64,000 nt of DNA from Desulfatiglandales bacterium. Lineage in GTDB: Bacteria > Desulfobacterota > DSM-4660 > Desulfatiglandales > HGW-15. The stretch's first letter is position 1; every line of letters begins with the position of its first letter. Made by a program: the position numbers and the translations under genes. The notes under the pieces are model-generated. The model was not told where the DNA came from and did no database searches. It was given only the letters and a program-made list of their open reading frames with translations. Location of the stretch: the NCBI GenBank assembly GCA_963667015.2, contig CAXXJJ010000004.1, forward strand, positions 2,304,001-2,368,000, given 5' to 3'. Positions 1-8,833 of this stretch are shown here, in pieces.

Positions 1-730
1 GGGACCCGAAGAAATAGACTACTGTGTAATCAGGGAAAATACAGGCGACCAGTACACAGGCGCAGGCGGCTTTACCATGAAGGGCACGCCTCACGAGGTA
101 GCTATCCAGACAGCAGTTTATAACAGGCACCAGGTTGACCGCTGCCTCAGGTACGCCTTTGAATATACAAGAAAATACGGGAAAAAGGCCCGGGGGAAAG
201 GCGACAATAACACCCTTGCACTTGTTGGAAAAACCAATGTGTTAACCTATGTATATGATCTGTGGAACCGTGCATTTCATGAAATGGGTGAAAAGGAATA
301 TCCGGATATAAAAAGGGAATATTACCATGTTGACGCCACATGCATGTGGATGGTTAAGAGCCCTGAGTGGTTTGATGTGCTTGTCACTGGAAACATGTTT
401 GGCGACATTATTACCGACCTCGGAGCAATTACACAGGGCGGTATGGGGCTTGCGGCCGGCGGAAACCTCAATCCCGAAGGTGTAAGCATGTTTGAACCCA
501 TTGGTGGTTCGGCACCTAAATATACAGGCAAGGGGGTTATAAACCCGCTGGCAGCCATATGTGCCGCAGCTATGATGATTGAATCCCTTGGAGAACAGGA
601 GGCTGCAGATAACATAGAGGAATCTGTAAAATTTGTAACAGCCAACAAACTGGAAAGCATGGATGCGGGTCGGATGGGTTACAGCACAGGCGAGGTTGGT
701 GACCTTGTCTGTGAAAAAATGGTAGCCTGA
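1..730 (+). CDS. leuB: 3-isopropylmalate dehydrogenase / isocitrate-isopropylmalate dehydrogenase family (5' end outside window)
   Basis: Frame is open from base 2 (GPEEIDYCVIRENTGDQYTG...); family motifs VIRENT, NMFGDIITDL, SMFEPIGGSAP, INPLAAI. Substrate specificity not certain. Confidence 0.75.
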   Translation, partial: GPEEIDYCVIRENTGDQYTGAGGFTMKGTPHEVAIQTAVYNRHQVDRCLRYAFEYTRKYGKKARGKGDNNTLALVGKTNVLTYVYDLWNRAFHEMGEKEYPDIKREYYHVDATCMWMVKSPEWFDVLVTGNMFGDIITDLGAITQGGMGLAAGGNLNPEGVSMFEPIGGSAPKYTGKGVINPLAAICAAAMMIESLGEQEAADNIEESVKFVTANKLESMDAGRMGYSTGEVGDLVCEKMVA

Positions 731-828
731 TTTTTTAAAATTATCTTGACATTTTTTGTGTGCGGATTTAAATATCCTGACACTTCAAACAATATTAAAT
801 CAAACCTGTTGAAAGGAGGCGTGTATTA

Positions 829-888
829 ATGAATGTGGCAATAAAAAAATCGATTGCAGTATTGCGCCCCGAGAGGTCGGCAGGCTGA
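829..888 (+). CDS. Putative leader peptide (19 aa, MNVAIKKSIAVLRPERSAG)
   Basis: Strong SD AAAGGAGG at 812-819, ATG 829, TGA 886-888; TTGACA at 746-751 upstream; followed by an intrinsic terminator before rsgA. Confidence 0.6.
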   Translation: MNVAIKKSIAVLRPERSAG

Positions 889-915
889 GATCATATCTCT
901 GATACAGATCAATAT

Positions 916-946
916 AAAGGCTGCTCCTTACGGGCAGCCTTTTTTT
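916..946 (+). terminator. Intrinsic terminator / attenuator in the rsgA leader
   Basis: Stem AAAGGCTGCTC / GGGCAGCCTTT (one G-U pair), 5-nt loop, then a T7 run. Confidence 0.8.
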
Positions 947-1080
947 ATTCTGGCCCGGGCGCAATATGAACCCGGGGTTTTCCTCTAGGGCAAACTCCTA
1001 AACTATTACTATATAAAATCACCTGTTTCATACAGAGATATATGAAGCAGTTTAATCCGGGTTTAATACAGGAGTTTAAA

Positions 1081-2172
1081 ATGAATTTAGAAGATTTAGG
1101 CTGGGACAGCTACTTTAAAACACATTATGAAAAACATACAGACAAAGACGACCTTGAGCCGGCTAGAATTACACAGGAACATAAGGGTTCATATGTAATG
1201 ATCAATGCTGATGGGGAATACCTGTCAGAAATTTCCGGCAAAATGCGGTATACGGCAAGAGGCTACAGCGATTTTCCGGCTGCAGGAGACTGGGTTCTCA
1301 CCAAAATATTTCCCGAAGAAAAAAAGGGAATAATACATGCTATCCTTGAAAGAAAAACAAAATTTTCACGAAAGGCTGTTCTTTCAGGCGGTATGCCCGA
1401 TTCACAGGGAAAAACCGAAGAACAGGTGATCGCAGCAAACATAGATACAGTTTTTATCGTGAACAGCATGGACAGCGATTTCAGCCTTAGACGTATAGAA
1501 CGATACATGACCAGCATCTATGACGGCAGCATGAATCCGGTAATAGTGCTGAATAAATCTGATGTTACCGATGATACAGATGACTATATCAATCAGGTTG
1601 AATCAATTGCCTTTGGTGTTCCTGTCATAGCGGTCAGCGGTCTTACTGGTGCAGGACTCGATGGTCTCAGGAAATTTATTCACCCAGGAGAGACGGTCGT
1701 GTTTTTAGGTTCTTCAGGAGTGGGAAAATCAACCATTATAAACAGCCTTACCGGTACAGACAGGCAAAAGGTAAGTTCAGTTCGTGAATCAGACCATAAG
1801 GGAAGACACACGACAACAGCAAGGGAACTGATAATATTGCCTGAAGGGGGGATATTAATAGACACCCCCGGAATGAAAGAATTTCAGCCATGGAAAGGAG
1901 AGAAGGATACAGGCCGAGCATTTGGAGACATTGAATCATTTGCCCGAAAATGCCGTTTCAAGGACTGCAGTCACGAAACCGAGCCGGGTTGTGCAGTACA
2001 AGAGGCACTGGCTAACGGAGATCTGGACCCCGGAAGATACAGAAACTACATGCAGATGAAAAGAGAAGCAAGATATCTTGAGACAAGGGTGGAGAAAAGG
2101 GCAGAACTAGCTGAAAAGAAAAAATGGAAGGATATTGCAAAATTACAGAAGTATTATAAAAAAAACCAGTGA
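1081..2172 (+). CDS. rsgA: Ribosome small subunit-dependent GTPase A (long MNLEDLGW type)
   Basis: Circularly permuted GTPase: NKSD, GSSGVGKST, GRHTT, DTPG; Zn site CRFKDCSHETEPGC. Start set at 1081 because of SD AGGAG. Confidence 0.93.
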   Translation: MNLEDLGWDSYFKTHYEKHTDKDDLEPARITQEHKGSYVMINADGEYLSEISGKMRYTARGYSDFPAAGDWVLTKIFPEEKKGIIHAILERKTKFSRKAVLSGGMPDSQGKTEEQVIAANIDTVFIVNSMDSDFSLRRIERYMTSIYDGSMNPVIVLNKSDVTDDTDDYINQVESIAFGVPVIAVSGLTGAGLDGLRKFIHPGETVVFLGSSGVGKSTIINSLTGTDRQKVSSVRESDHKGRHTTTARELIILPEGGILIDTPGMKEFQPWKGEKDTGRAFGDIESFARKCRFKDCSHETEPGCAVQEALANGDLDPGRYRNYMQMKREARYLETRVEKRAELAEKKKWKDIAKLQKYYKKNQ

Positions 2173-2201
2173 TATCCTTCATGCAAGGCCGGATAACCTA
2201 G

Positions 2202-2240
2202 TTCCATTAGAGACAGGTTTTAAACCTGTCTCTAATGGAA
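2202..2240. repeat. Perfect 19-bp inverted repeat, REP-like palindrome
   Basis: TTCCATTAGAGACAGGTTT-T-AAACCTGTCTCTAATGGAA; degenerate copy at 48099-48127. Confidence 0.75.
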
Positions 2241-2258
2241 AATCCAGTCACCCCCATA

Positions 2259-2288
2259 GTCATTCTGCGACTTGATCGCATAATCCAG
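2259..2288 (+). repeat. Short palindromic element of GTCATT...AATCCAG type
   Basis: GTCATTCTGCGA-CTTGA-TCGCATAATCCAG, an imperfect hairpin with the ends typical of this dispersed repeat class. Confidence 0.5.
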
Positions 2289-2416
2289 GTTTTTTATTTG
2301 TAGTCACCTTAAAATCTTTTATACCTGATATATTGACTTACCTGCCACTTTCACTACACTGTGGATAAATTACAGATTACCTTTAATCACCTATATCGAG
2401 GGGAGGAAAATCTTAA

Positions 2417-2859
2417 ATGCCAAAATCAGAACACGGGAAATATATAATAACAAAACCCAGAAAGGACGTTGCGATACCCGACTGGGCAGGAAATCTTTCA
2501 CAGGAAAGAAGCACCCGTATGTTTTATCTGGACAATGATGTTATCCCGGGGGCCTTTTATATGGAGGTGGTATGGTTCTGGCCCACGGATCAGAAGGATG
2601 ACAGCAGCCCTGATCCGCACTCGCATGATTGTGATGAGGTCATAGGTTTCATGATTGTGATTCATAGGGGACAGACCCGAACGATTTAAATGATCTGGGT
2701 GCAGAGATTGAATTTTATATCGATGGTGAAAGAAACCTTATGAGGGAAAGCTTTCTGGCATTTATCCCGGCAGGAGTCGAGCACTGCCCATTGAATATAC
2801 TCAAAATAACAAAACCGGTATTCCATTTTGCTACAATACCACAGAAAAATTATGGGTAA
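2417..2859 (+). pseudogene. Cupin-like conserved hypothetical protein, frameshifted by a short duplication
   Basis: PHSHDCDEVIGF in frame 2 continues as GTDPNDLNDLGAEIEFYIDGE...FIPAGVEHCPL...NYG* in frame 1; CATGATTGTGAT is duplicated at about 2650-2662; SD GGAGG. Confidence 0.7.
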
Positions 2860-2871
2860 CCATCATTCTTA

Positions 2872-4008
2872 TTAGGGTAAATTTATTAATTTCTTAACAA
2901 CAGGTTTTGGCTGCCTGTTTTTATCATACAGCAGGGGGTAATTTGTTCTTCCGGGAATCGGGTAGCCGTTCTTCCATGACATCCCATCGTGCACCCCCCA
3001 GAAGGTAACCCGGTCAATTTTATCCCGTTTACTGTAAAAGATCCTGAATAATTCAACATATCTATCAGACAACTGCTGCTGTATATCATCAGGGAGCCCC
3101 TCGGAATATGGATCAAGGAATTCCTTAAACTCTTCAAGCTGAAACTGTTCATGGCTCATAACAGAACCTATGATCTGTCCCTCTTTTGTTAACGGCAGAA
3201 CATCCACATCCAGCTCGGTAATCATTACCTTTATACCAAGTGACGCATAGGCATCGATTGCGGCCTCGATATACTCTGTTTTGGGATAATTGAGACCCCA
3301 GTGCCCCTGGATTCCGACACCATCTATCCGAATACCTTCGGCCTGCAGCATTTTTACCATCCGGACAATACCGTCTCTTTTTGCGGGCCGCCAGGCATTG
3401 AAATCATTATAATAGAGCTCCGCGTCTGGCGCAAATTCATGGGCAAACCTGAAGGCCAGTTTTACAAGTTCATCACCATCCCCTATTCCCTTGACCCATT
3501 TTGTCGGCCGGTATGAGCCGTCATTATCAATCACTTCATTAACAACATCCCATGCATCGATTCTGCCGGCATAGCGCCCTGCAACAGTTTTAATGTGTTC
3601 CCGCATACGCTCGATCAGGGCCTCGCGGGTTTTGGGATTTCCGTCCTTATCCATGAAAAACCAGTCAGGTGTCTGGTTGTGCCATACCAGGGTATGACCG
3701 ATTATGAACATGTTATTTTTCTCACCGAATTCAACATATTCATCAGCCGGTGCAAAATTGTAGATCCCGGGTTTAGGGTTGATGGGTCCTGCCTTCAGGG
3801 CATTTTCCGAAGTAATTGAATTGAACTGTTTAAGTACGATATCCTGTGAGGCCCGGTCCCATCCATTGACAATGGCTTCATTCAAGGCGCTCCCAACCAG
3901 AAATGAATCCCTGTATGCGTCTTTTAGAGTTAATGCCTTGTCAGGTGTTATGTGCATACAGCTTATGAAAGCCAGAAATATACCTGCCAGCAGGATGTAT
4001 ATTTTCAT
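2872..4008 (-). CDS. Endo-1,4-beta-xylanase, glycoside hydrolase family 10, probable lipoprotein
   Basis: GH10 motifs ENALK, GHTLVWHNQ, WDVVNE (acid/base), YYNDFN, IQGH, ITELDV (nucleophile); signal MKIYILLAGIFLAFISC. Confidence 0.92.
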   Translation of the reverse strand: MKIYILLAGIFLAFISCMHITPDKALTLKDAYRDSFLVGSALNEAIVNGWDRASQDIVLKQFNSITSENALKAGPINPKPGIYNFAPADEYVEFGEKNNMFIIGHTLVWHNQTPDWFFMDKDGNPKTREALIERMREHIKTVAGRYAGRIDAWDVVNEVIDNDGSYRPTKWVKGIGDGDELVKLAFRFAHEFAPDAELYYNDFNAWRPAKRDGIVRMVKMLQAEGIRIDGVGIQGHWGLNYPKTEYIEAAIDAYASLGIKVMITELDVDVLPLTKEGQIIGSVMSHEQFQLEEFKEFLDPYSEGLPDDIQQQLSDRYVELFRIFYSKRDKIDRVTFWGVHDGMSWKNGYPIPGRTNYPLLYDKNRQPKPVVKKLINLP

Positions 4009-4083
4009 TATCTGATATCCTTTTTTTAAATATGAACTGTTCAAGAGGGCGGCTTCCTAATGGCTCGAAAGTCATTTACAAGA

Positions 4084-4521
4084 TTAATCGCTAGTCCCAA
4101 GCTTTTGCAATGCAATAACATCAATTTTATCTTTTTCGCGGTGAGATTTCTTCTTAACGTCAATTAAAGCTTTTCTATTGAGGAAATATATACCCTGCTC
4201 CGAAATGCTTGTTTCCGGCAATAATTCATCATAGGTTTTTTCATTAAGCAGCGTAAAAATATCCAGGGGAAAATCCTCAATAATTCTTATTGCACCTGCT
4301 GAAACTGGAAAATCACTAACTTCAAGTTCTTCTGCGTATCCTTCTCCCCAAGCCTTAAGTATAGCCAGCATTTGTTTGATGTTTCTATCAGATGATTCAA
4401 TTAATATATCAAGGTCATCGGTAGCCCTGACAAAACCGTTCAAGGCACAAGCAACCCCGCCAACAACGATGAATTTTACCTGACCACCGGAAAGCGCCAG
4501 TAGAAGTTCTTCAAAATCCAT
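4084..4521 (-). CDS. Minimal nucleotidyltransferase family protein (DUF6036-like)
   Basis: VVGGVA...RATDDLDI and C-terminal K..S.REKDKID signature. Confidence 0.75.
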   Translation of the reverse strand: MDFEELLLALSGGQVKFIVVGGVACALNGFVRATDDLDILIESSDRNIKQMLAILKAWGEGYAEELEVSDFPVSAGAIRIIEDFPLDIFTLLNEKTYDELLPETSISEQGIYFLNRKALIDVKKKSHREKDKIDVIALQKLGTSD

Positions 4522-4523
4522 TT

Positions 4524-4688
4524 TTACCTGCTGCCGACAATCTTTCGATATACAGTATCAGAACTTTCATACGTATTTTTACACCCGAGCTTTTTTAATG
4601 CCGCGTTTAGTTCCTTTAATTTCTGAAGGGGTTTTTTATCAGCATATTTGCCTACTGTTTTTTTTATCTGGTCGTCCTGTGGATTCAA
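4524..4688 (-). CDS. Small basic hypothetical protein (54 aa), not in the ORF track
   Basis: SD GAGG then TTG start; MNPQDDQIKKTVGKYADKKPLQKLKELNAALKKLGCKNTYESSDTVYRKIVGSR; stop 2 bp before the nucleotidyltransferase ATG. Confidence 0.55.
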   Translation of the reverse strand: MNPQDDQIKKTVGKYADKKPLQKLKELNAALKKLGCKNTYESSDTVYRKIVGSR

Positions 4689-4887
4689 TTTTTCCTCTTA
4701 ATATGATCAGGTAGCTGACAATTTAAGATGATATAATAGAATTATTAATAATGATAAACTATAGTAAAATCGGTATATTTGGTCAATACTATAAAAATTC
4801 TTATTAGGAACATAATCGAGTTGGTTTCTGACGGATCAACAAACAGACTAGAGAGTAGAGGAATTACAGTACTACTTATTTCATATA

Positions 4888-5454
4888 TCAAATCAGCTGC
4901 TCTGCTGCCTGAACAGCCAGCTCCATAACTCTTTCATCTTTAACCGCATCCCCGATATCCCTTATTCCACAACCCCTGATGGTTTTTACTTCTGAAAACG
5001 CATGTCGCTTAAGCATCATTTCAAGCTGCTTAGGTATATCCTGAAACATACTGTCAGGAGCTCCCTGAGTTATTACAATCAGGGCCTTTTTCCCTTTAGG
5101 AAGCCTTGATGGGTCTGGACTGGTTTTAAAATCCGGGGTTAAAAATGAAAAGGTGCGGTCAATAAAGCATTTTAACTGGCCTGATACTCCTCCCATATAA
5201 ACGGGTGTGGCCAGCACCATGATATCTGTCTCAAAAATGGAGTCCAGCACGGGTTTAAGGTCATCCTTAATAACGCATCTGTCATTACCTTCTTTGCAGG
5301 CCATACATCCCTGGCAGCCTTTAAAATCCATAAAATTCAGATTATAGGATTCAATATCTGCACCTTTCTTGAGAGCAGTATCACAAAATCTTTTTACTAT
5401 TGCAGAACTGTTGCCTTTCTGCCTGGGACTTCCTAAAACGGAAATTATTTTCAT
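4888..5454 (-). CDS. Iron-sulfur flavoprotein / flavodoxin-like family
   Basis: GSPRQKGNS FMN loop, CQGCMAC...C cluster motif, ATPVY; SD AGGAG before ATG 5454. Confidence 0.88.
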   Translation of the reverse strand: MKIISVLGSPRQKGNSSAIVKRFCDTALKKGADIESYNLNFMDFKGCQGCMACKEGNDRCVIKDDLKPVLDSIFETDIMVLATPVYMGGVSGQLKCFIDRTFSFLTPDFKTSPDPSRLPKGKKALIVITQGAPDSMFQDIPKQLEMMLKRHAFSEVKTIRGCGIRDIGDAVKDERVMELAVQAAEQLI

Positions 5455-5523
5455 TTTATATACTCCTTTTTGAAAAATTATGATTATAATATTCAATAAA
5501 CTTAATAAAAGGAAGGGAATATT

Positions 5524-5877
5524 ATGATCACGTCACTTGAAGAAATAAAAAAAGACAAAGACCTTGTATATTCCATTGACTGGGAAATGACGCCTGAGCA
5601 GGCAGTTCGAGTTTATCTTGAATGGGGTAATATCTATGCGAGGGGAGATGCCACCCGTGTTCAGTCCAAGGATGACCATACAATATACTTTGTGGTTAAC
5701 TGCTGGGATAAACCCTATTACATCTATCTTCTTAAACGAAACTCCCAGGAAGCCCTTGAACTGGCAAAAATAGAACTGCCAAAGAGATTTGAAAAACCCA
5801 TATGCGAACTTAAGGGAGTATACGCCCCTGAAGAGGATTTAAAGGATTGGCTAAAAAAGGAACTTGATGTTGATTAA
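5524..5877 (+). CDS. DVU0772 family protein
   Basis: IDWEMTPEQAVRVYLEWGN, YFVVNCW and KGVY motifs typical of this deltaproteobacterial family. Confidence 0.75.
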   Translation: MITSLEEIKKDKDLVYSIDWEMTPEQAVRVYLEWGNIYARGDATRVQSKDDHTIYFVVNCWDKPYYIYLLKRNSQEALELAKIELPKRFEKPICELKGVYAPEEDLKDWLKKELDVD

Positions 5878-5896
5878 TCAGCGGAGGAGGCTCAAT

Positions 5897-6526
5897 ATGA
5901 ATTTCAAGGATATTGTAAAAAATAGAAGGGCAGTCAATTATTTTGACACTCAAAAAGATGTTCCTGAAACACTCATCAGGGAAATAATAGAAACAGCGGC
6001 AAACTCACCCTCAAGCTATAACCTCCAGCCCTGGAGTGTTATGATCCTGAAAGGACCTGAAGAAAAAGCACGTCTCAGGAAGCTGGCATTTGATCAGCCA
6101 AAGGTCACTGAGGCGCCCTATGTTTTTATCATTCTTGCCGACAGGAACGGCTGGAAAGAAGGGAACTCATTCGCTGAAAAAAATTTTATTAAATCAGTTG
6201 AATCCGGAAAAAAAAAGGAAGATGAAAAGGACAGCTATCTTAATACGCTGAAGGCACTATATGGCGAAACCGCAGAAAAGCAGCAGGCCTTTGCGGTAAA
6301 AAATACCGGTTTTTTTACAATGTCGCTTATGTACGCAGCAAAGGAACTGGGACTGGATACACATCCCATGGATGGCTTTGATCATGATGCTGTAAAGAAG
6401 GAGTTTAATATCCCTGAAAATTACTGGATACCCCTGCTGCTTGCGGTCGGGTATTTTGACGAATCAAAAAAACTATACCCGCCAAACTGGCGGAAAACCT
6501 TTGATGAGATAGTTGTAACGTTTTAG
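5897..6526 (+). CDS. Nitroreductase family protein
   Basis: RRAVNYF, PSSYNLQPW, GLDTHPMDGFD; SD GGAGG. Confidence 0.9.
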   Translation: MNFKDIVKNRRAVNYFDTQKDVPETLIREIIETAANSPSSYNLQPWSVMILKGPEEKARLRKLAFDQPKVTEAPYVFIILADRNGWKEGNSFAEKNFIKSVESGKKKEDEKDSYLNTLKALYGETAEKQQAFAVKNTGFFTMSLMYAAKELGLDTHPMDGFDHDAVKKEFNIPENYWIPLLLAVGYFDESKKLYPPNWRKTFDEIVVTF

Positions 6527-6569
6527 TATTGCTTGCAAATATAACAAGGACATCATTTTACTCCAACTC

Positions 6570-6624
6570 CGGGCAGACACACCCTCCGTAGCTAAATCAA
6601 TGGCGGGTGTGTCTGCCCGTTTTA
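6570..6624 (+). terminator. Long hairpin, probable terminator after the nitroreductase gene
   Basis: 15-bp perfect inverted repeat CGGGCAGACACACCC / GGGTGTGTCTGCCCG followed by TTTT. Confidence 0.6.
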
Positions 6625-6794
6625 GTAAAGAAAGAGGAGGAAACAAGGCTTGACAAGCCGGAGCTCAATCAATTAGAGTTGGCATCCAAACAGGTTCTTT
6701 AGCTATTGCAAATATAGATCAATATATTGAATTTAATAAACATTTACATTATTTTATGCGAATGACATAAATACAGAATGGAGGAATAATCAGG

Positions 6795-8036
6795 ATGAGT
6801 GAAGAGAAAAAACCCGCCAGAAAGAAGTTCGAATGCCAGGGACTGTACAATAAGGTAATGGCAAACCATTTTTACGAACTTGATGAGGCATCAAAAACTG
6901 GTTCCCAAAAAATTGCATGGTGTACCAGCGTAGGGCCTGCCGAGCTTCTTAGAGGAATGGGTTTTTTAGTATATTTTCCGGAAAACCACGGCGCAATGCT
7001 CGGTGCAACCAGATCTGCAACAGATTTAATCCCCTATGCAAATGCAATAGGCTATTCACCGGACATATGCTCTTATCTGACAGCGGATATTGGTTCTTTT
7101 TTACAGAAAAAGACTCCCCTGACCGCTGCCTATAAAATGGAATCGGTCCCAAAACCGGATGTACTGGTCTTTAATACAAACCAGTGCCGTGATGTACAGG
7201 ACTGGTTTGCCTGGTATTCAAGGGAACTAGATGTCCCGATGATGGGAATCCATACCCACAGAGATATAGGAAATATTAAAGAATTTCAGGTCAGTGACAT
7301 AGCAAAACAGACAGAAAATCTTATCCCGGGGCTGGAAGAGATCAGCGGAGAAAAATTTGATATGGACCGCTTTAAAGAGGCTGTTGAGCTGTCCAGACAT
7401 ACATCCGTGCTCTGGAGATCCTGCCTTGAAGCCTCGTCAGCAATACCTTCTCCCTGGACATTTTTTGATGCCACCATCCATATGGGCCCGGCAGTTGTTG
7501 CAAGGGGCACCCAGGAAGCAGTTGACTATTATGAGGTGCTTTTAAAAGAGCTGAATGAAAGGATAGCTAACGGGGTTGCAGCAATTGAAGGCGAAAAACA
7601 CAGAATTTACTGGGATGGAATGCCAATCTGGGGAAAACTGAGTACCCTTTCCAAGCAATTTTCCGAACTTCAAACATGTATAGTGGCATCAACCTACTGT
7701 AACAGCTGGATATTTGATCAGCTCGACCCCAATGATCCCTTTGAAAGCATGGGCCGGGCCTATATAGAATTATTCATAGTAAGGGACGAAGCCTATAAAG
7801 AACAGTATATACGGGATTGTTTTGAGAAATACAAATTCGATGGAATGATTTTCCACGATGCCAAAACCTGCCCTAATAATTCAAATAACAGATATGGCCT
7901 GCCCGAGAGAATCGGAAAAGAGCTCGGGGTTCCCCAGTTGACAATAAACGGCGACCTTAATGACCTGAGATGCTATTCGGAGGAGCAGACAGTAACAAAC
8001 ATCGAGGCATTTATAGAACAGCTGGATGAAGCCTAA
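6795..8036 (+). CDS. 2-hydroxyacyl-CoA dehydratase family subunit (HgdA/FldB/BcrB-like)
   Basis: PENHGA, GYSPDICSY, NTNQC, HDAKTC, C-terminal GDLND...TNIEAFIE. Confidence 0.88.
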   Translation: MSEEKKPARKKFECQGLYNKVMANHFYELDEASKTGSQKIAWCTSVGPAELLRGMGFLVYFPENHGAMLGATRSATDLIPYANAIGYSPDICSYLTADIGSFLQKKTPLTAAYKMESVPKPDVLVFNTNQCRDVQDWFAWYSRELDVPMMGIHTHRDIGNIKEFQVSDIAKQTENLIPGLEEISGEKFDMDRFKEAVELSRHTSVLWRSCLEASSAIPSPWTFFDATIHMGPAVVARGTQEAVDYYEVLLKELNERIANGVAAIEGEKHRIYWDGMPIWGKLSTLSKQFSELQTCIVASTYCNSWIFDQLDPNDPFESMGRAYIELFIVRDEAYKEQYIRDCFEKYKFDGMIFHDAKTCPNNSNNRYGLPERIGKELGVPQLTINGDLNDLRCYSEEQTVTNIEAFIEQLDEA

Positions 8037-8053
8037 GGGGCAAAAAATTTATT

Positions 8054-8833
8054 ATGAAACTCAATGGATCAGTATTTGCGGGGGCTGATGTAGGAGCCTC
8101 CCGCACCAAGGTAGCACTGCTTGATACAGAAAAAAAACTTGTTGGTTTTTCAGTAAAAAAATCAGGGACAAATTTTACCCTCACTGCTGATGAATGCCTT
8201 GAAGAAGCGATGACGATGGCCGGCAGGTCATCAGAGGATATTATACGGACTGTTTCAACAGGCTATGGCCGAAGGAATGTTTCCTTTAGCAATGATGCAA
8301 AAACCGAGATAGGATGTCATGCAAAGGGAGCCTTTCACTATTACCCTAAGGCCATGACAATAATCGATATCGGCGGCCAGGATAATAAGGTCATAAAAAT
8401 TGATAATGAAGGAAGAAGAACAAACTTCAAGATGAACAGAAAGTGTGCTGCAGGTACCGGGGCATTTCTTGAAGAGATGTCACAAAGACTCGACATACCA
8501 ATTGAAGAAATGGATACCCTGGCAAGGCAATCTACCGAGATGGTTGAGCTTGGCAGCTACTGCACTGTTTTTTCCGCGACCGAGGTTCTTGAAAAAATAA
8601 GACAGGGGAAAAAAGTCCCTGACATTATTAAAGGTCTGTTTTTTTCGGTTATCAAAAGAGTCCTGGAAATGGAAAGAATAACGGACAGTATAACCATGAC
8701 AGGCGGTGTTGTGGAACATAATCCCTTTCTGGTAGAAATGGTAAAGGAGATAACAGGGGCTGAGGTTCTAACTCCGCCCCATCCCCAGCTCACCGGCGCA
8801 GTAGGGGCCGCGCTTTTTGCATTGGAGGGCTAA
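8054..8833 (+). CDS. ATP-dependent acyl-CoA dehydratase activase (HgdC/FldI family)
   Basis: GADVGASRTK, TGYGR, IDIGGQD, MNRKCAAGTG, CTVF, TGGV. Confidence 0.92.
   Translation: MKLNGSVFAGADVGASRTKVALLDTEKKLVGFSVKKSGTNFTLTADECLEEAMTMAGRSSEDIIRTVSTGYGRRNVSFSNDAKTEIGCHAKGAFHYYPKAMTIIDIGGQDNKVIKIDNEGRRTNFKMNRKCAAGTGAFLEEMSQRLDIPIEEMDTLARQSTEMVELGSYCTVFSATEVLEKIRQGKKVPDIIKGLFFSVIKRVLEMERITDSITMTGGVVEHNPFLVEMVKEITGAEVLTPPHPQLTGAVGAALFALEG

Noticed and set aside
829..888. Leucine attenuator linked to leuB
   Set aside because: It lies downstream of leuB, has a single Leu codon, and precedes rsgA.
985..1010. GGGCAAAC suggesting a c-di-GMP-I riboswitch
   Set aside because: No GNRA-capped P2 or GACGCAAAG-type continuation.
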